A stretch of 64,000 nucleotides of DNA from Octopus sinensis (lineage: Eukaryota). Shown one piece after another: positions 51,947-64,000 of the stretch. The DNA is taken from contig NC_043019.1 in assembly GCF_006345805.1 (NCBI RefSeq), forward strand, positions 25,605,360 to 25,669,359, given 5' to 3'. The notes below the pieces were generated by a model, which ran no database searches, was not told the DNA's origin, and saw nothing but the letters and a program-made list of their open reading frames with translations. Each line of letters opens with the position of its first letter. Positions within the stretch are counted from its first letter, which is position 1. The translations under genes were made by a program, and so were the position numbers.

Positions 51947-52402
51947 AACATGGTTTGGAAGGGAGTTCTTAACCATACAGCCATGCTAGCGCCTGTTTAA
52001 ACACAGGCTACCATACTAAATGCGTTGAGCTGAAATTTACATTTTCATTTAATGTATTGAAATATCAGTTGTAAAACAAGAACAACCATTACGTTAATGA
52101 AATCATTCGAGAGTGAGCTCCCTTAGTACATTTTATATTAATGTTCATTAACTCTACTTACGCTCCATCATGTTACAATAATTATTTCAATTGATTAAAA
52201 CTAATTTCAAACTCACAACCTTAAAATATGGTATCCTGCAATTAACTATTATGGTCTTAAATAAGAAAAGGTTGTCATGGGAAATTTTCCAACACACACA
52301 CATTAAGGCACATAATACTATGGTATGTATTGTATAAATATATATATAATATAGCTATATATATATATAGATAATTATATATAATATATAGACATATATA
52401 TC

Positions 52403-52436
<34 letters not shown>

Positions 52437-52509
52437 TGTATATATGTATGCTACATGTGTATATATATATATTCGCTATGGTAGATCGCAAGACACTACA
52501 CATTCTTTA

Positions 52510-52625
52510 TTTTCTCTCCTTGTTTCTTTCTGAGTTCCTTTCTGTGGAAGAGCATAGGCTCGAAACGTTAAAGACTTTTCCACTTCCCGAGCGTTATACT
52601 AATACACCTGTTTGTTGTGAATTCC
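52510..52625 (+). mobile_element. Penelope-like terminal repeat with hammerhead-like fold at 52538-52573
   Basis: CTTT-CTGTGGA-A-GAGC-ATAG-GCTC-GAAAC-GTT-AAAG. Confidence 0.7.
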
Positions 52626-52838
52626 GCCCCTATATACGTACATGTGTGTATATGCGCACGTGTGTATGAGTGTATGCATGAGGCGTGTGCGTTTTCCCCA
52701 TTGTATTATGTTTCCTAAACAGATTGAAGTCACAACCCACTTTGGTTTATTTCCAATAGCGTTTTCTTGTTGCCACCGATAATTTCGTAAGCCATATAGC
52801 TTGAAGCCACAATTGTAAAGAAGACAATAATGGCGATC

Positions 52839-52839
<1 letters not shown>

Positions 52840-52890
<51 letters not shown>

Positions 52891-53167
52891 TAATAATAAT
52901 AATAATAGTAATAGTAATAATAATAACGACAACGACGACGACGTTGATGATGGTGGTAGTGATGGTGATGATGATGTTGATGTTGAGAATAATAATAAGA
53001 CGAGGAAGAAGAAGAAGAAGAAGAAGAAGAACAACAACAACAACAACAGCAACAACGACCACCACCACCACCACCAACACCACGATGATGATAATAATAA
53101 TAATAGTAATAGATAATAATAATAATAATAATAATGAGATGATGTGATGATGAGATGATGATGATGT

Positions 53168-53198
<31 letters not shown>

Positions 53199-53315
53199 TG
53201 ATGATGATGATGATGTGATGATGATAATAATAATAATAATAATATAATAATAATAATAACAATGATGATGATGATGATGATGATGGTAATAATAATAATA
53301 ATATAATAATTAATG

Positions 53316-53358
<43 letters not shown>

Positions 53359-53575
53359 TGATGATGATGATGGTAATAATAATAATAAATAATAATAATT
53401 ATAATAATAATGATGATAATGATGATGATGGTAATAATAATAATAATAATAATAACCATTAATAATAATAATAACCACAATAATAATAATAATAATAACC
53501 ACAACAAAACGACGATGATTATGATGATGATGATAATGACGATGATGATGATGATGATAACAATAATAACAATAA
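52840..53575. repeat. Compound trinucleotide tract (AAT/GAT/GAA/AAC/CAC)
   Basis: Direct reading. Confidence 0.95.
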
Positions 53576-54016
53576 ATAGCAAAAAGCCCTTCTTTTTTCC
53601 TGTTTCTGTTTGTTTTATTTTTCCTTTCCGGGCAAAACACAAAACAGCTTCTTTTTCTGTAAGAGATTATTTCAACTCCCTCGGTGGCATCTTTTTGACA
53701 ATATTCCAAAGAATCACAAGAATTTAAAAGCATCCTTAGATGCCGCTGATTTCTTTAAAAACTTTCTCCATCACATATGTAAGAATACATATACACACAT
53801 ACACACGCACGCACACACACACACATACACACGCATACATATATATATGTATGTGTATATATGCATACATGTATACGACACAGATACACACATAACTCTG
53901 TGGATATACACTACATACATACGCACGCGCGACATACGTACACAAAAACACAAACATGTGCACACACAGAATATATACCTATATAATATATTATATATAT
54001 ATATTATATATATATA

Positions 54017-54052
<36 letters not shown>

Positions 54053-54069
54053 AATGTATATATATAATC

Positions 54070-54101
<32 letters not shown>

Positions 54102-54107
54102 ATATAT

Positions 54108-54164
<57 letters not shown>

Positions 54165-54184
54165 ATATATATATTCTATATATA

Positions 54185-54688
54185 TATTGCGTCATCCACA
54201 AATAACGAGGTTTTCAATTGTATGAACTAAAAGTCGGTGGAGGACGGGATAAACTACCTGCATCAAATTGCTATAAAAGCAGGTAGTAATTTTACATTGT
54301 CCTTATTCTTAGTGCACGTTTTGAAGAGTACAGTTCGATTTTAACAGTTATTTTTTCGAAGCTATAATGGAAGTGACAAAGGAGCATATTTTGCTTTATG
54401 AGTTCAACGGAAACCGTAAGGAATATTGATACAGTGTATGTGGATCAGACAATAAGCGGAAGCCAGTATGAACGGAAACTACAACCTAGAAGACGAACCT
54501 CGTCCTGGAATATCTGTAGAGCTCGACGAGGACGTCCTGCAAACCCTGGTGGAACAAAAACTCATCGTCACTATTGAGGAACTAACAGAGAAATTTGGAT
54601 TTGATCATTCAACCTTATTCAGCACCTGCTGCGTACCATCGGAAAAGTCAGCAAATTGGGTCAATAGGTTTCTCACAAACTTCCCGAG
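54185..54688 (+). mobile_element. mariner transposon 5' half (left TIR plus decayed transposase N-terminus)
   Basis: TA|TTGCGTCATCCACAAATAA end; MEVTKEHILLYEFN..GNYNLEDEPRPG..TIEELTEKFG..HLLRTIGKVSKLGQ*VSHKL (WVPHEL motif). Confidence 0.85.
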
Positions 54689-54695
54689 TCTATAT

Positions 54696-54998
54696 GTTTT
54701 TGTTCCTTTTCGAGCCATGTCTGGCTCATAAGGGCCGGTTTCCCGGTTTCCTTGGCGTATAGGTTCCTCACGTGGACGGGACGCCGGTCCGTAGCAGGTG
54801 AGCTGCAAGATGCAGGAGGAAAGAGTGAGAGAAAGATGTGGTGAAAGAGTCAGCAGAAGTTCGCCATTACCTTCTGCCGGAGCCGCGTGGACCTTAGGTG
54901 TTTCACTCATAAACACACACATCGCCCGTCTGAAATTCGAACACGCGATCCCTCGATCGCGAGTCAGCTGTTCTAACCACTATGCCATGTGCCTCCAC
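54696..54998 (-). mobile_element. tRNA-derived SINE (body X + tail T2)
   Basis: Minus strand TGGCATAGTGG/GTTCGAATT boxes, body shared with 25436, tail shared with 17804. Confidence 0.88.
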
Positions 54999-55060
54999 AC
55001 ACACACACACACACATATATATATGTGTGTGTGTGTATGTGGTGAGTGTGTGTGTACATA

Positions 55061-55515
55061 AACAATTATCGCCAAGCTAATATGGCAGTCATAAATATAA
55101 GACTAAAGCTGCCGTGATTAGCTCCAAGAGGCCATCGCTCTAGCTAGCTATATGACACACGGAACCTGTGTCCATTATAACTTCGAACAGGTGAGGTCAG
55201 CCGTTTCCTCTTGTGGTCAGGGCATTCTTCAGACATGTTTCAGGTGGTATTGCTCTTATCGAATGTAGAGTAGCCAAACCCAGCAGGCGTCGCTGCTGTC
55301 CGTCTGTTCGGAGGATTATTTACCTAATTTCAGTGGATATACCCTGAAATACCCTAAAACATGGGGAAGCGGCTGACCTCCCCTGTTCGAAGGTTATAAT
55401 AGACACAGGTTCGTGTGTCATATAGCTAGCTAGAGGCGATGGCCTCATGGAGCTAATCAACGGCAGCTTTAGTCTTATATTTATGGACTGCCATATTAGC
55501 TTGGCGATAACTGTT
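55061..55515. mobile_element. Foldback (about 148-bp arms), inverted Penelope-like pLTR, family of 22170-22405
   Basis: 55061-55208 is the reverse complement of 55365-55515; spacer carries minus-strand GAAACATGTC remnant. Confidence 0.8.
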
Positions 55516-55581
55516 AATTTCCAGTACCGCTGCCGTAGTCTCTTTTACAGAGACTTAGATATTTTAGTAGTAGTAGTAGTT

Positions 55582-55612
<31 letters not shown>

Positions 55613-56041
55613 CAGCGGCTGCAGCAGCTGTAGCAGTAGCAGCAGCAGTGGTGAATGCATACAAGCCTTTGGCCCTGGTTTTACTCTAGCCCTCTATCGA
55701 CCTTTATTCTATGTTGTTTCATTGTTGTGTACTTAGATTCTACATATCAAGAGCGGAAGCAGGAGAGAACAACCAGTCGATCGACGTTCATGTTTTGTTA
55801 CATACATTTGTTGGTTTAATTTTATTACCTTTTTCTAAAATCACTGCTGTCAATTTAATGGACTATTGCTTTCAAAAGAGTTCATTGTTGAACTGAATGT
55901 TTGCATATGTAAGCCTTGGAGAGAGATCAGTTCTGTCCAGCTGACTTGCTTGCACTTGATAGATTCGTTGCATTAAGTGGAGGCCAGCAACTGGCACACT
56001 GTCACTACCATGTTGTTTGCTAAGTTCTACTTTTTCTTTGT

Positions 56042-56245
56042 TCAATGGACTCTATTAAGTTCGCTGCATATTTTCCTAACATTCAAAGCTGAACCATCAA
56101 ACCAACAATGAAATGCCTGGCAGAAGAATGGAATACTGTTTAATGTGCTTTTAGAAAAACTGTAACATCTGAGATACTGTTTAATTAAAACTGGAAGACA
56201 CTCTGTTTGAAAGTTTGGCAAACACATTTCTTGCTCTTCCTCGGC
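56042..56245 (-). mobile_element. Possible hAT transposase C-terminal remnant
   Basis: EEEQE..KSTLNSIPF..GSALNVRK..LNRV loosely resembles the hAT dimerisation domain; weak. Confidence 0.3.
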
Positions 56246-56789
56246 AATATATTATCTTCATAAAATCTAACAGCTTTCATAGAGAAAAAATATTTATAAA
56301 ATAAAATGGGAAACATTTCAAAATTGTATTGCACTTGTCTAACAAATGACTTGATGTTTGACCGTGTATGTTAAAACTAAAGCCACTATACCACGTAGGA
56401 AATGTTTAATAATACACAAAGTTGTTTAAAAGTTAGATACTAACCTGTTTTCACCGGTTTGATCTCTGATCATGTAAATTTTTTTTAATCGAGCAGATTT
56501 ACCACATAAAACCTCTACACCTTAAGGTTACTTTTAATCCGACATTGAAGTCACAACCTTCCATTTTTAATATAAACTCTCAAAAAACAGAATTCGCTGT
56601 TATGTTTTGTTAACTTTTCTAAGCAGAAAATTTGGTTTATTATTCAACAAAATTCTTAAATTAAATCTCAATTCTTTGATCTCCATTCCTTGATCCCCCT
56701 AATCAAAATTCATTCTAATAAGCGTTTATTCAACCGAATTAATTATAAACATAAAACAGTTAATTACTTACTTATATATTCATAAAAAT

Positions 56790-56945
56790 GGTGAAAGCGC
56801 GTGGTCTAATTATTAGAGGTGATGCACTGGCGATTGCCTGGTCAGCGGGGTGGCATCATTCGAAAGCTAAAACAATGCGTAGCCCATTGTGACCGGCGAT
56901 ATATAACAACATCCAATAATCTGATGGATAACGCGATATTTCTAA
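56790..56945 (+). mobile_element. tRNA-headed SINE, diverged
   Basis: ggtgaaagcgcgtggtctaattattagagg A-box-like head as in other SINEs here. Confidence 0.55.
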
Positions 56946-58508
56946 AATAATATTCATAATATTTTGAATTTATTTTAAGAGGTGTCAAAATCTTCGCCAC
57001 ACAACTGCGACTTGGTCACTGACATAATTCCGCAATGATTCAAATTTCAAGTAAATTGAAAATGTCTTATTAAAAAGCTGAAATGCCTTTCCCAAGTTGA
57101 AATTAGAATATAATTGAATGCCTAAAACAATAGGGAATAAGAATTCTTATTCAAAATGGTGTGTACTTTGAGATTTGGTTTCGATTCCCTTTTAGAGTTT
57201 ATTTTTATTTCCTTCTGCAGAAAATCTCACGTGTAAAGCATAACTCGAGTGAACGAAGAAACCGCGAAGAAGTCTCTCAACGTTGCAGGAAACAGTAACC
57301 AAATGTCCCACACATGGAATACTATAAACCTATGTGCAATGTAATTGAAAAATAAAACGGGTGATCGTGGATGGAACGGCTTTGGGCAAATCTCTACCAA
57401 AAGATGACTAATCTGCGACTAACAAGCACTACAACCAGAACATAAATATAGATAGGAACTTCTAAGTGGTCAGCCGGTATGCAAGAAATAGCAGCTAAAT
57501 CCCTAACAATCACAACCTACCGACTTCAATAAAGACCTACATAATCCTCAACAAACAGGATGGTCACGGATAGATTGCTTTCGATTGCGCCTGGTCTAGG
57601 ACTCGACATTAACAATCAACTTCGTTTCCAAGTAACTCTTACCGATCAAATCTACAACCGAAAATATTCCAACCATGATCAAGCCGTCGAGATGTAACAT
57701 GCTCAGAACTACATAATCTCCCTCACTTTTTAAGAGACAAATGCCATGTTGTTGTTGTGTAACCTCAAGGTCATCTCTCATCAAGTTCTCTTCCGATCAA
57801 AGGTGTTACAACCGTGACCATCAGTCCTTTTTCGGGCTCTCTAAGACATTCTCTAACGGTTCAGCATTTGAGAGTGCAGGGAGCGATACGAGGAAGGTTT
57901 AGCTGTTATAATTATTTGGTCGAACCACCTCATTGAAGAAGAAGAAGAAGAAGAGAAGAAGAAGAAGAGATTATAAGCATGATGATAATGATCATGGCAA
58001 TGACGATGACGACGATGATGATGAACTTGGCTGCCCCCTCTCACCCAACCAATATCCACACAAGTCGGTGTCTCAGTAGCAAGCTTCATAGAAGTGTCGT
58101 TAATATTATTACGTCTTGATTACTTTCTTAGCTTTTCTGCATTGTCTTGGAAGCAAAGGTGCAACAGCACCAGATGAAAATCGAAACCTCATCAGGATAA
58201 ATCTAATTAATCAAAGTACAAGATGACGTAATGATTGAAGCATGGCCCTAGCCTCCCCTTTTCAGCAATGCACTTTTCCATTATACTCTACTCCAACGCC
58301 TCTTGTTTCCCGCCACCTTAATTAAACACAAAATTCTTCAATCGTTCATCCCGTTTCAACAACAAACACACAATGACATCATCGCTCACATGATGAGATT
58401 GTTGCATATTTAACGAGCCGGCTTACGTCATTTCTTCTCAAGTCTGGCCGGCGGGAAAATCAGATATGAAGGTGTGTGCGGGTTCGCGTATGAGTGCATA
58501 TTTATATA

Positions 58509-58575
<67 letters not shown>

Positions 58576-58612
58576 TAGATAGATAGATAGTAGAAGATAG
58601 ATAGATAGATAG

Positions 58613-58653
<41 letters not shown>

Positions 58654-58815
58654 GGAGAGATGTGTGTGTGTGTGTTGTAGACAGATTTGGAGTGAGAAAG
58701 ACATGCAGATATTGAGATATGCATGTATATAGAAGCATATATATACATAAATATGTATATATATATATATAATATATATATATACACACATATATGCATA
58801 TATATATATATACAC

Positions 58816-58851
<36 letters not shown>

Positions 58852-59085
58852 ATATATATATACACACATATATATGTATATATACATGTATATACATATA
58901 TACTTACATATACATAAATACATGTATTTACGAGTACCTACAAACCCACACACATACATATACATGCATACATACGTTTGAGCGATCATCTCGACGACAA
59001 GCAAATGGATCGTATTATTTTAAGATGTCAGTCGTTGGGTGTTTAAGAATGTATACGTATATTCATGCGTATATCTATATATATA

Positions 59086-59242
59086 TTCTTTTATTCATCT
59101 CCTTGTTTCAGTTATTTGACTGCGGCCATGCTGGAGCACCGCCTTTAGTCGAACAAATTGTAAGCCCAGTACCTATTTCATCGGTCGCTTTTGCTGAACC
59201 GCTAGGTTACGGGGAGGCACACAGACCCCAACCAACGTCGAT
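59086..59242 (-). mobile_element. SINE family O, 3' tail
   Basis: ttgtttcagttatttgactgcggccatgctggagcaccgcctttagtcgaac. Confidence 0.88.
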
Positions 59243-59430
59243 TCAGTGTAAAAATAAAACAAAAGAAAAAAAAGAAACCTTTGTGAACGTAAAGAAACTG
59301 TATTTATCTTTTAGCATAAAGAAATGCTCCTTATTGATCATAACGATGACGATGTTTACACTAATGACGTTTATTATTATCATTATTATTATTGTTATTG
59401 TTGTTGTTCTTGTTGTTGTTGTCGTCGTCG

Positions 59431-59578
<148 letters not shown>

Positions 59579-60021
59579 TATTATTATTATTATGTCGTTC
59601 TTATTCGTTCTTATTCTAGTCCATGTTGTTGATACTGATGCTGCCGTTTCTATCCCCCGTTGCAGTTGACGAATTTGTTCTATCGTGGCTTATAAATTGT
59701 GGATGTGAGTTGTCATATGGATATATATATATGTCTATGTGTGTGTATGCGTGTGCATGCATGTGTGTGTATATGTGTATGCATAGGAATGTGTACGTGT
59801 GTAGGAACATTTTTGTGTGTATGTGATATTAAGATCGTGTTTTTTTTATTTAATGTGAAACAGGAAATTGAAAGCAAAATTATATTCCTATACATACATT
59901 CAAACATAAACAAGAATAGATATCTGTGACTGTATGTGTATATACATATATATGTATGTATATTATATATTATATATTATATTATATTATAGATGATAGA
60001 TTATAGATTTATATTATATAT

Positions 60022-60066
<45 letters not shown>

Positions 60067-60158
60067 TCTATATGTATATTTTAAGTAGAAATTGGCAGAA
60101 CATGGTGCCATATAAATGCATGTATGTATATACATATATATATATGTACATGCAAATT

Positions 60159-60192
<34 letters not shown>

Positions 60193-61195
60193 CTATATAG
60201 ATATATATATATATATATAATATATATATATATATATCCTTGTACACAAATATGCATGTGCATGTGTGTGTGAATGCATATATATATATGTATGTATTCA
60301 TGTATGTATGTATGTATGTATGTATGCATGTATTTATGTATGTATAAGACATAGATATAAATATTTACACACATTCGTAATGCCGTTATTAAAATTCTGC
60401 TTCTATTTCTCTTTAAACAGGAAATGATGTACAAAATAATATTCTTCACAAAAATATAAATTGAATTCTATTTGTTTATATATTCTCTTGATCTATTTTC
60501 TTTAAACTTATAAAACATATAATACAAACTCTCGGTGTGTACATATATGTGTGTGTGTGTGTAGGTGTGTGTGTAAGTCTGTCACCTGTGCGTGTGCGTA
60601 CGTGTGTGTGTGGTGTGTGTGTGTATAACACAATCATATGCATAATACTCGAGCATACTCACCGTTTTTCCCCCTTCCTAAGTGTGTGTGAGTGTGTATG
60701 TGTGTTTCTGTGTTTGTGTGCTTCTGTGTGTGTTACTGAGTGTGTGTGTTTCTGTGTGTGTTTGTGATTGTGTGTGTGTGTGTGTGTGTTTCTGTATTTC
60801 TGCGTGTATTGTGTTTCCGTGTTTATGTGTTTCTGTGTGTGTGATTCTAGTGTGTATGTGTTTCTGTGTGTGTTTTGTTTAAGTGTGTGCGTGTGTTTCT
60901 GTGTGTGTGTGTGTTTCTGTGTGTGTTGTGTTTAAGTGTGTTCTGTTTCTGTGTTTCTATGTGTGTGTGTGTGTGTGTGTGTATGTGTGTCTTTCTGTGT
61001 GTATTGTGTTTCTATGCTTGTACGTTCCTGTGTGTATGTGTTTCTATGTCTGTGTGTTTCTGTGTGTGTCGGTGTCACCTGTGTACGAGTGTCACCTGTG
61101 TGTGTATGTGTCTGTGTACATAACACAATCATATACATAATACTCAAACACACATTTTCCCTTCGTAAATGTGTGTGTATTTCTCTCCCATCTAT

Positions 61196-61234
<39 letters not shown>

Positions 61235-61779
61235 GTTCGCCTGTACGCATTTGTGGTTATTTACATGTATGTACCTGTAGCTAGCTCACTGCGAATATAT
61301 ACACACTAACATAAATACATTGTAGACTTGAATCCGTGCTTGGATACGTATAACTGTAATATTCTTATCTGTGTGTTTCGTTGCGTGTGTTTGTGAGGTA
61401 TTTGGAATATGAGAGTGTGTGTGTCTGTGTGTGTATGTACGCGTGTGTATGTGTGTGTGTGTGTGCTCTTGCGTGTGTGTGCGTGTGTGTGTGGTTGTTT
61501 ATTTATATGTGAGGAAAAGAAACACGGAGATTAAAATTCGAATCACGGATTGTTTCCAAGCCACAGAGCGTACCTCTGTTGGTTAAGAATGAAAAGAAGC
61601 GATACGACTGCAGTGAACGGGGGAATAAAAGCGTTGCAGTCAGCGTCTCATCTATCATGCACCGGAAAGGGATCCCTTTTTGACAGTGTTAGGAGGGCGA
61701 TTCGGCACTTGGGAACACCTTGAAGTTAGTTCACACATATGTCTTTTTTTTTTTTTTGTAGATTTAAAATTGGGAATAC

Positions 61780-61879
61780 GATGACGATGATGATGATGAT
61801 GATGATGATGAGGAGGAGGAGGAGGAGGAGGAGGAGGAGAAGGAGGATGACGATGATGATGACGATGATGATGATATGA

Positions 61880-61915
<36 letters not shown>

Positions 61916-62350
61916 CGATTATGATGACGATAATGATGATGATTATGATGACGATGATGATATGACGATGATGAAGACACCGACGACGATGATAATGATG
62001 ACGATAACGGTGATGATGATTATGATGACGATGATGATGATGATGACAACGACGATGATGATGATGATGACGGCGACAACGACGATGGTGATGATGAAGA
62101 TGATGATGATGACGATGATGATGATAACGACGACGACGACGACGATGATGATGATGATGAAGATGATGATCATGATGATGATAATAATGATGATGATGAT
62201 GGTGATGATTACGATGATGATGATAATGACGACGACGACGATGATGATGATGAAGATGACGATCATGATGATGATGATAATAATGATGATGATGTTGATG
62301 ATGATGATGACGACGACGACGACGACCACGATGACGATGATGCTGATGAT
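61780..62350. repeat. (GAT/GAC/GAG)n trinucleotide tract
   Basis: Direct reading. Confidence 0.95.
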
Positions 62351-63068
62351 GTGTAAATTCTCTGCGTGACAGAAACCACATAATTTTGATCCGTCACTAA
62401 ATAAGCCACACCGTATTTAACACTACTCAATGTTTTGCTAATATGCTAGCTCTTCTTCGCTCTATTGCAAAGTATGCTTTCTTTATGTTAGGTGGTGATG
62501 ACAGAACGATGCCGATACGATGACGAATGCTGATTCTGACGGAGTGGTCCCTTAGCTCTATGTACTTTGTTCGCCTGTTGCTACATCAGACATCACCAGG
62601 ATATACCATAATTTCTAGCATTTTTCCTTCTCGGGGGCAAAGACCTCTATCATTTCCTATTCAGACCCAATTCTAAGTGGGGCTAAACACTTTCTCACCC
62701 TGGTGTGCAAAGACACGTGAATACATGAACAGGACAACAGCAACAGCAAAAGACAGTTTTTGGCTATAAGGGTGAATGAAATCAGCAGAGTTAATTCCCA
62801 TCAATTAAACCTACAAATCGGAGTCGTTAAGACTTTTGAGCTTAGCTTTGCTGAAATTTTGGCACATTCTGTTCTGGATTAAAGCAGACTTCTTAGCTTT
62901 ACCATTCTTTAGATTCAGAGAGGTTCGGGAAAGAGAAATCTCTTGATAAATACGAGATTTGCTTTACGTAATTTAAATCTGTCCTGGATAAATTTCTTAT
63001 TTGAAACGAGTCAGGGGTTTTCTCATTCTCTCAAGTGGGATTTTGTTAAGATTTTTCCGGAAACTGAG

Positions 63069-63264
63069 GGCGCAGGCGTGGCTGTGTGGTAAGAAGCTTG
63101 CTTCCCGAGAACCACATGGTTCTGGGTTCAGTCCCACTGCGTGGCACCTTGGGCAAGTGTCTTCTACTATAGCCTCAGGTCTACCAAAGCCTTGTGAGTG
63201 GATTTGTTAGACGGAAACTAAAAGAAGCCCGTCATGTGTATATATGCGTGTATGCGCGTGTGTC

Positions 63265-63304
<40 letters not shown>

Positions 63305-63312
63305 TGTGTGTG

Positions 63313-63351
<39 letters not shown>

Positions 63352-63470
63352 TGTGTGTGTGTGTACATCTTTGAGTGTGTGTTTGTTTCCCATCTACTTG
63401 ATAACCGGTGCTAGGTTGTTTACTTCCCTGTAACTCAACGATCCGACAAAAGAGACAACAGAATAGGTAC
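63069..63470 (+). mobile_element. SINE family O, bipartite copy with internal (TG)n/(GA)n, runs into gap
   Basis: ggcgcaggcgtggctgtgtggtaagaagc..ccttgggcaagtgtcttc head-body; tail begins cttgataaccggtgct. Confidence 0.9.
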
Positions 63471-63570
63471 NNNNNNNNNNNNNNNNNNNNNNNNNNNNNN
63501 NNNNNNNNNNNNNNNNNNNNNNNNNNNNNNNNNNNNNNNNNNNNNNNNNNNNNNNNNNNNNNNNNNNNNN
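63471..63570. other. Assembly gap (100 N)
   Basis: Direct reading. Confidence 1.
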
Positions 63571-64000
63571 TATACTAATAATAATAATCTAATAATATAA
63601 TAATAATAATAATAATGAGCAATGCATCTATTTTTTAACCCCCAGGAAAACTTCTTCCCCAGCTGGTTAACGACATAGCTTGCGAACTCCTACCATCTAA
63701 CGCTTTGACAGGGCCATTCTTCAGTACTGGACAACTATCCGCAAGAGATGCCAGTCGTTCTCCCTAGCTTGCAATATATAGAAAAAATAAGTGAAATCAG
63801 ATGCTGAATATTCCTCAATTATCCCCAGGAGGACCACAGCAGTGTCATCTTCCCCCTCTCCCTTACTGTTGTATTCTATGTACACTTCGCTTCTATCATT
63901 GTAAAAAGTGTATACTTTTCGTTTTGTTTTTCTTTTTCTTTATTATTCCATTATATGTAAACTTCACCACTTTATGTCTGTCTTTTCATTGTCCCCGTGA

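Noticed and set aside
58168-58197. CTGATGA on the minus strand near GAAAC on the plus strand
   Set aside because: The two motifs are on opposite strands, so no ribozyme fold is possible

Overview
AT-rich, microsatellite-saturated animal DNA, intergenic or intronic. The SINE, LINE and MITE families match my recollection of octopus (coleoid cephalopod) genomes; this is an inference, not a database result. No complete protein-coding gene, rRNA, true tRNA or CRISPR array is supported, and almost all long ORFs in the track are translated simple repeats. The window holds more than 30 tRNA-derived SINE copies from several modular families, remnants of CR1-, RTE- and restriction-like-endonuclease (R4/NeSL-type) LINEs, mariner, Tigger-like and piggyBac-like DNA transposon pieces, and a probable solo LTR. 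Three observations stand out. (1) Three L1/Tx1-clade retrotransposon copies lie head-to-tail, each embedded in (GATA)n, and their 3' terminus is shared with the most abundant SINE in the window. (2) Several Penelope-like terminal repeats carry minimal hammerhead-ribozyme folds, and several of them form long inverted hairpins. (3) Two RLE-type LINE lineages sit in tandem within (TAA)n. One weak candidate pair of coding exons (9887-10094 and 11563-11687) is noted.
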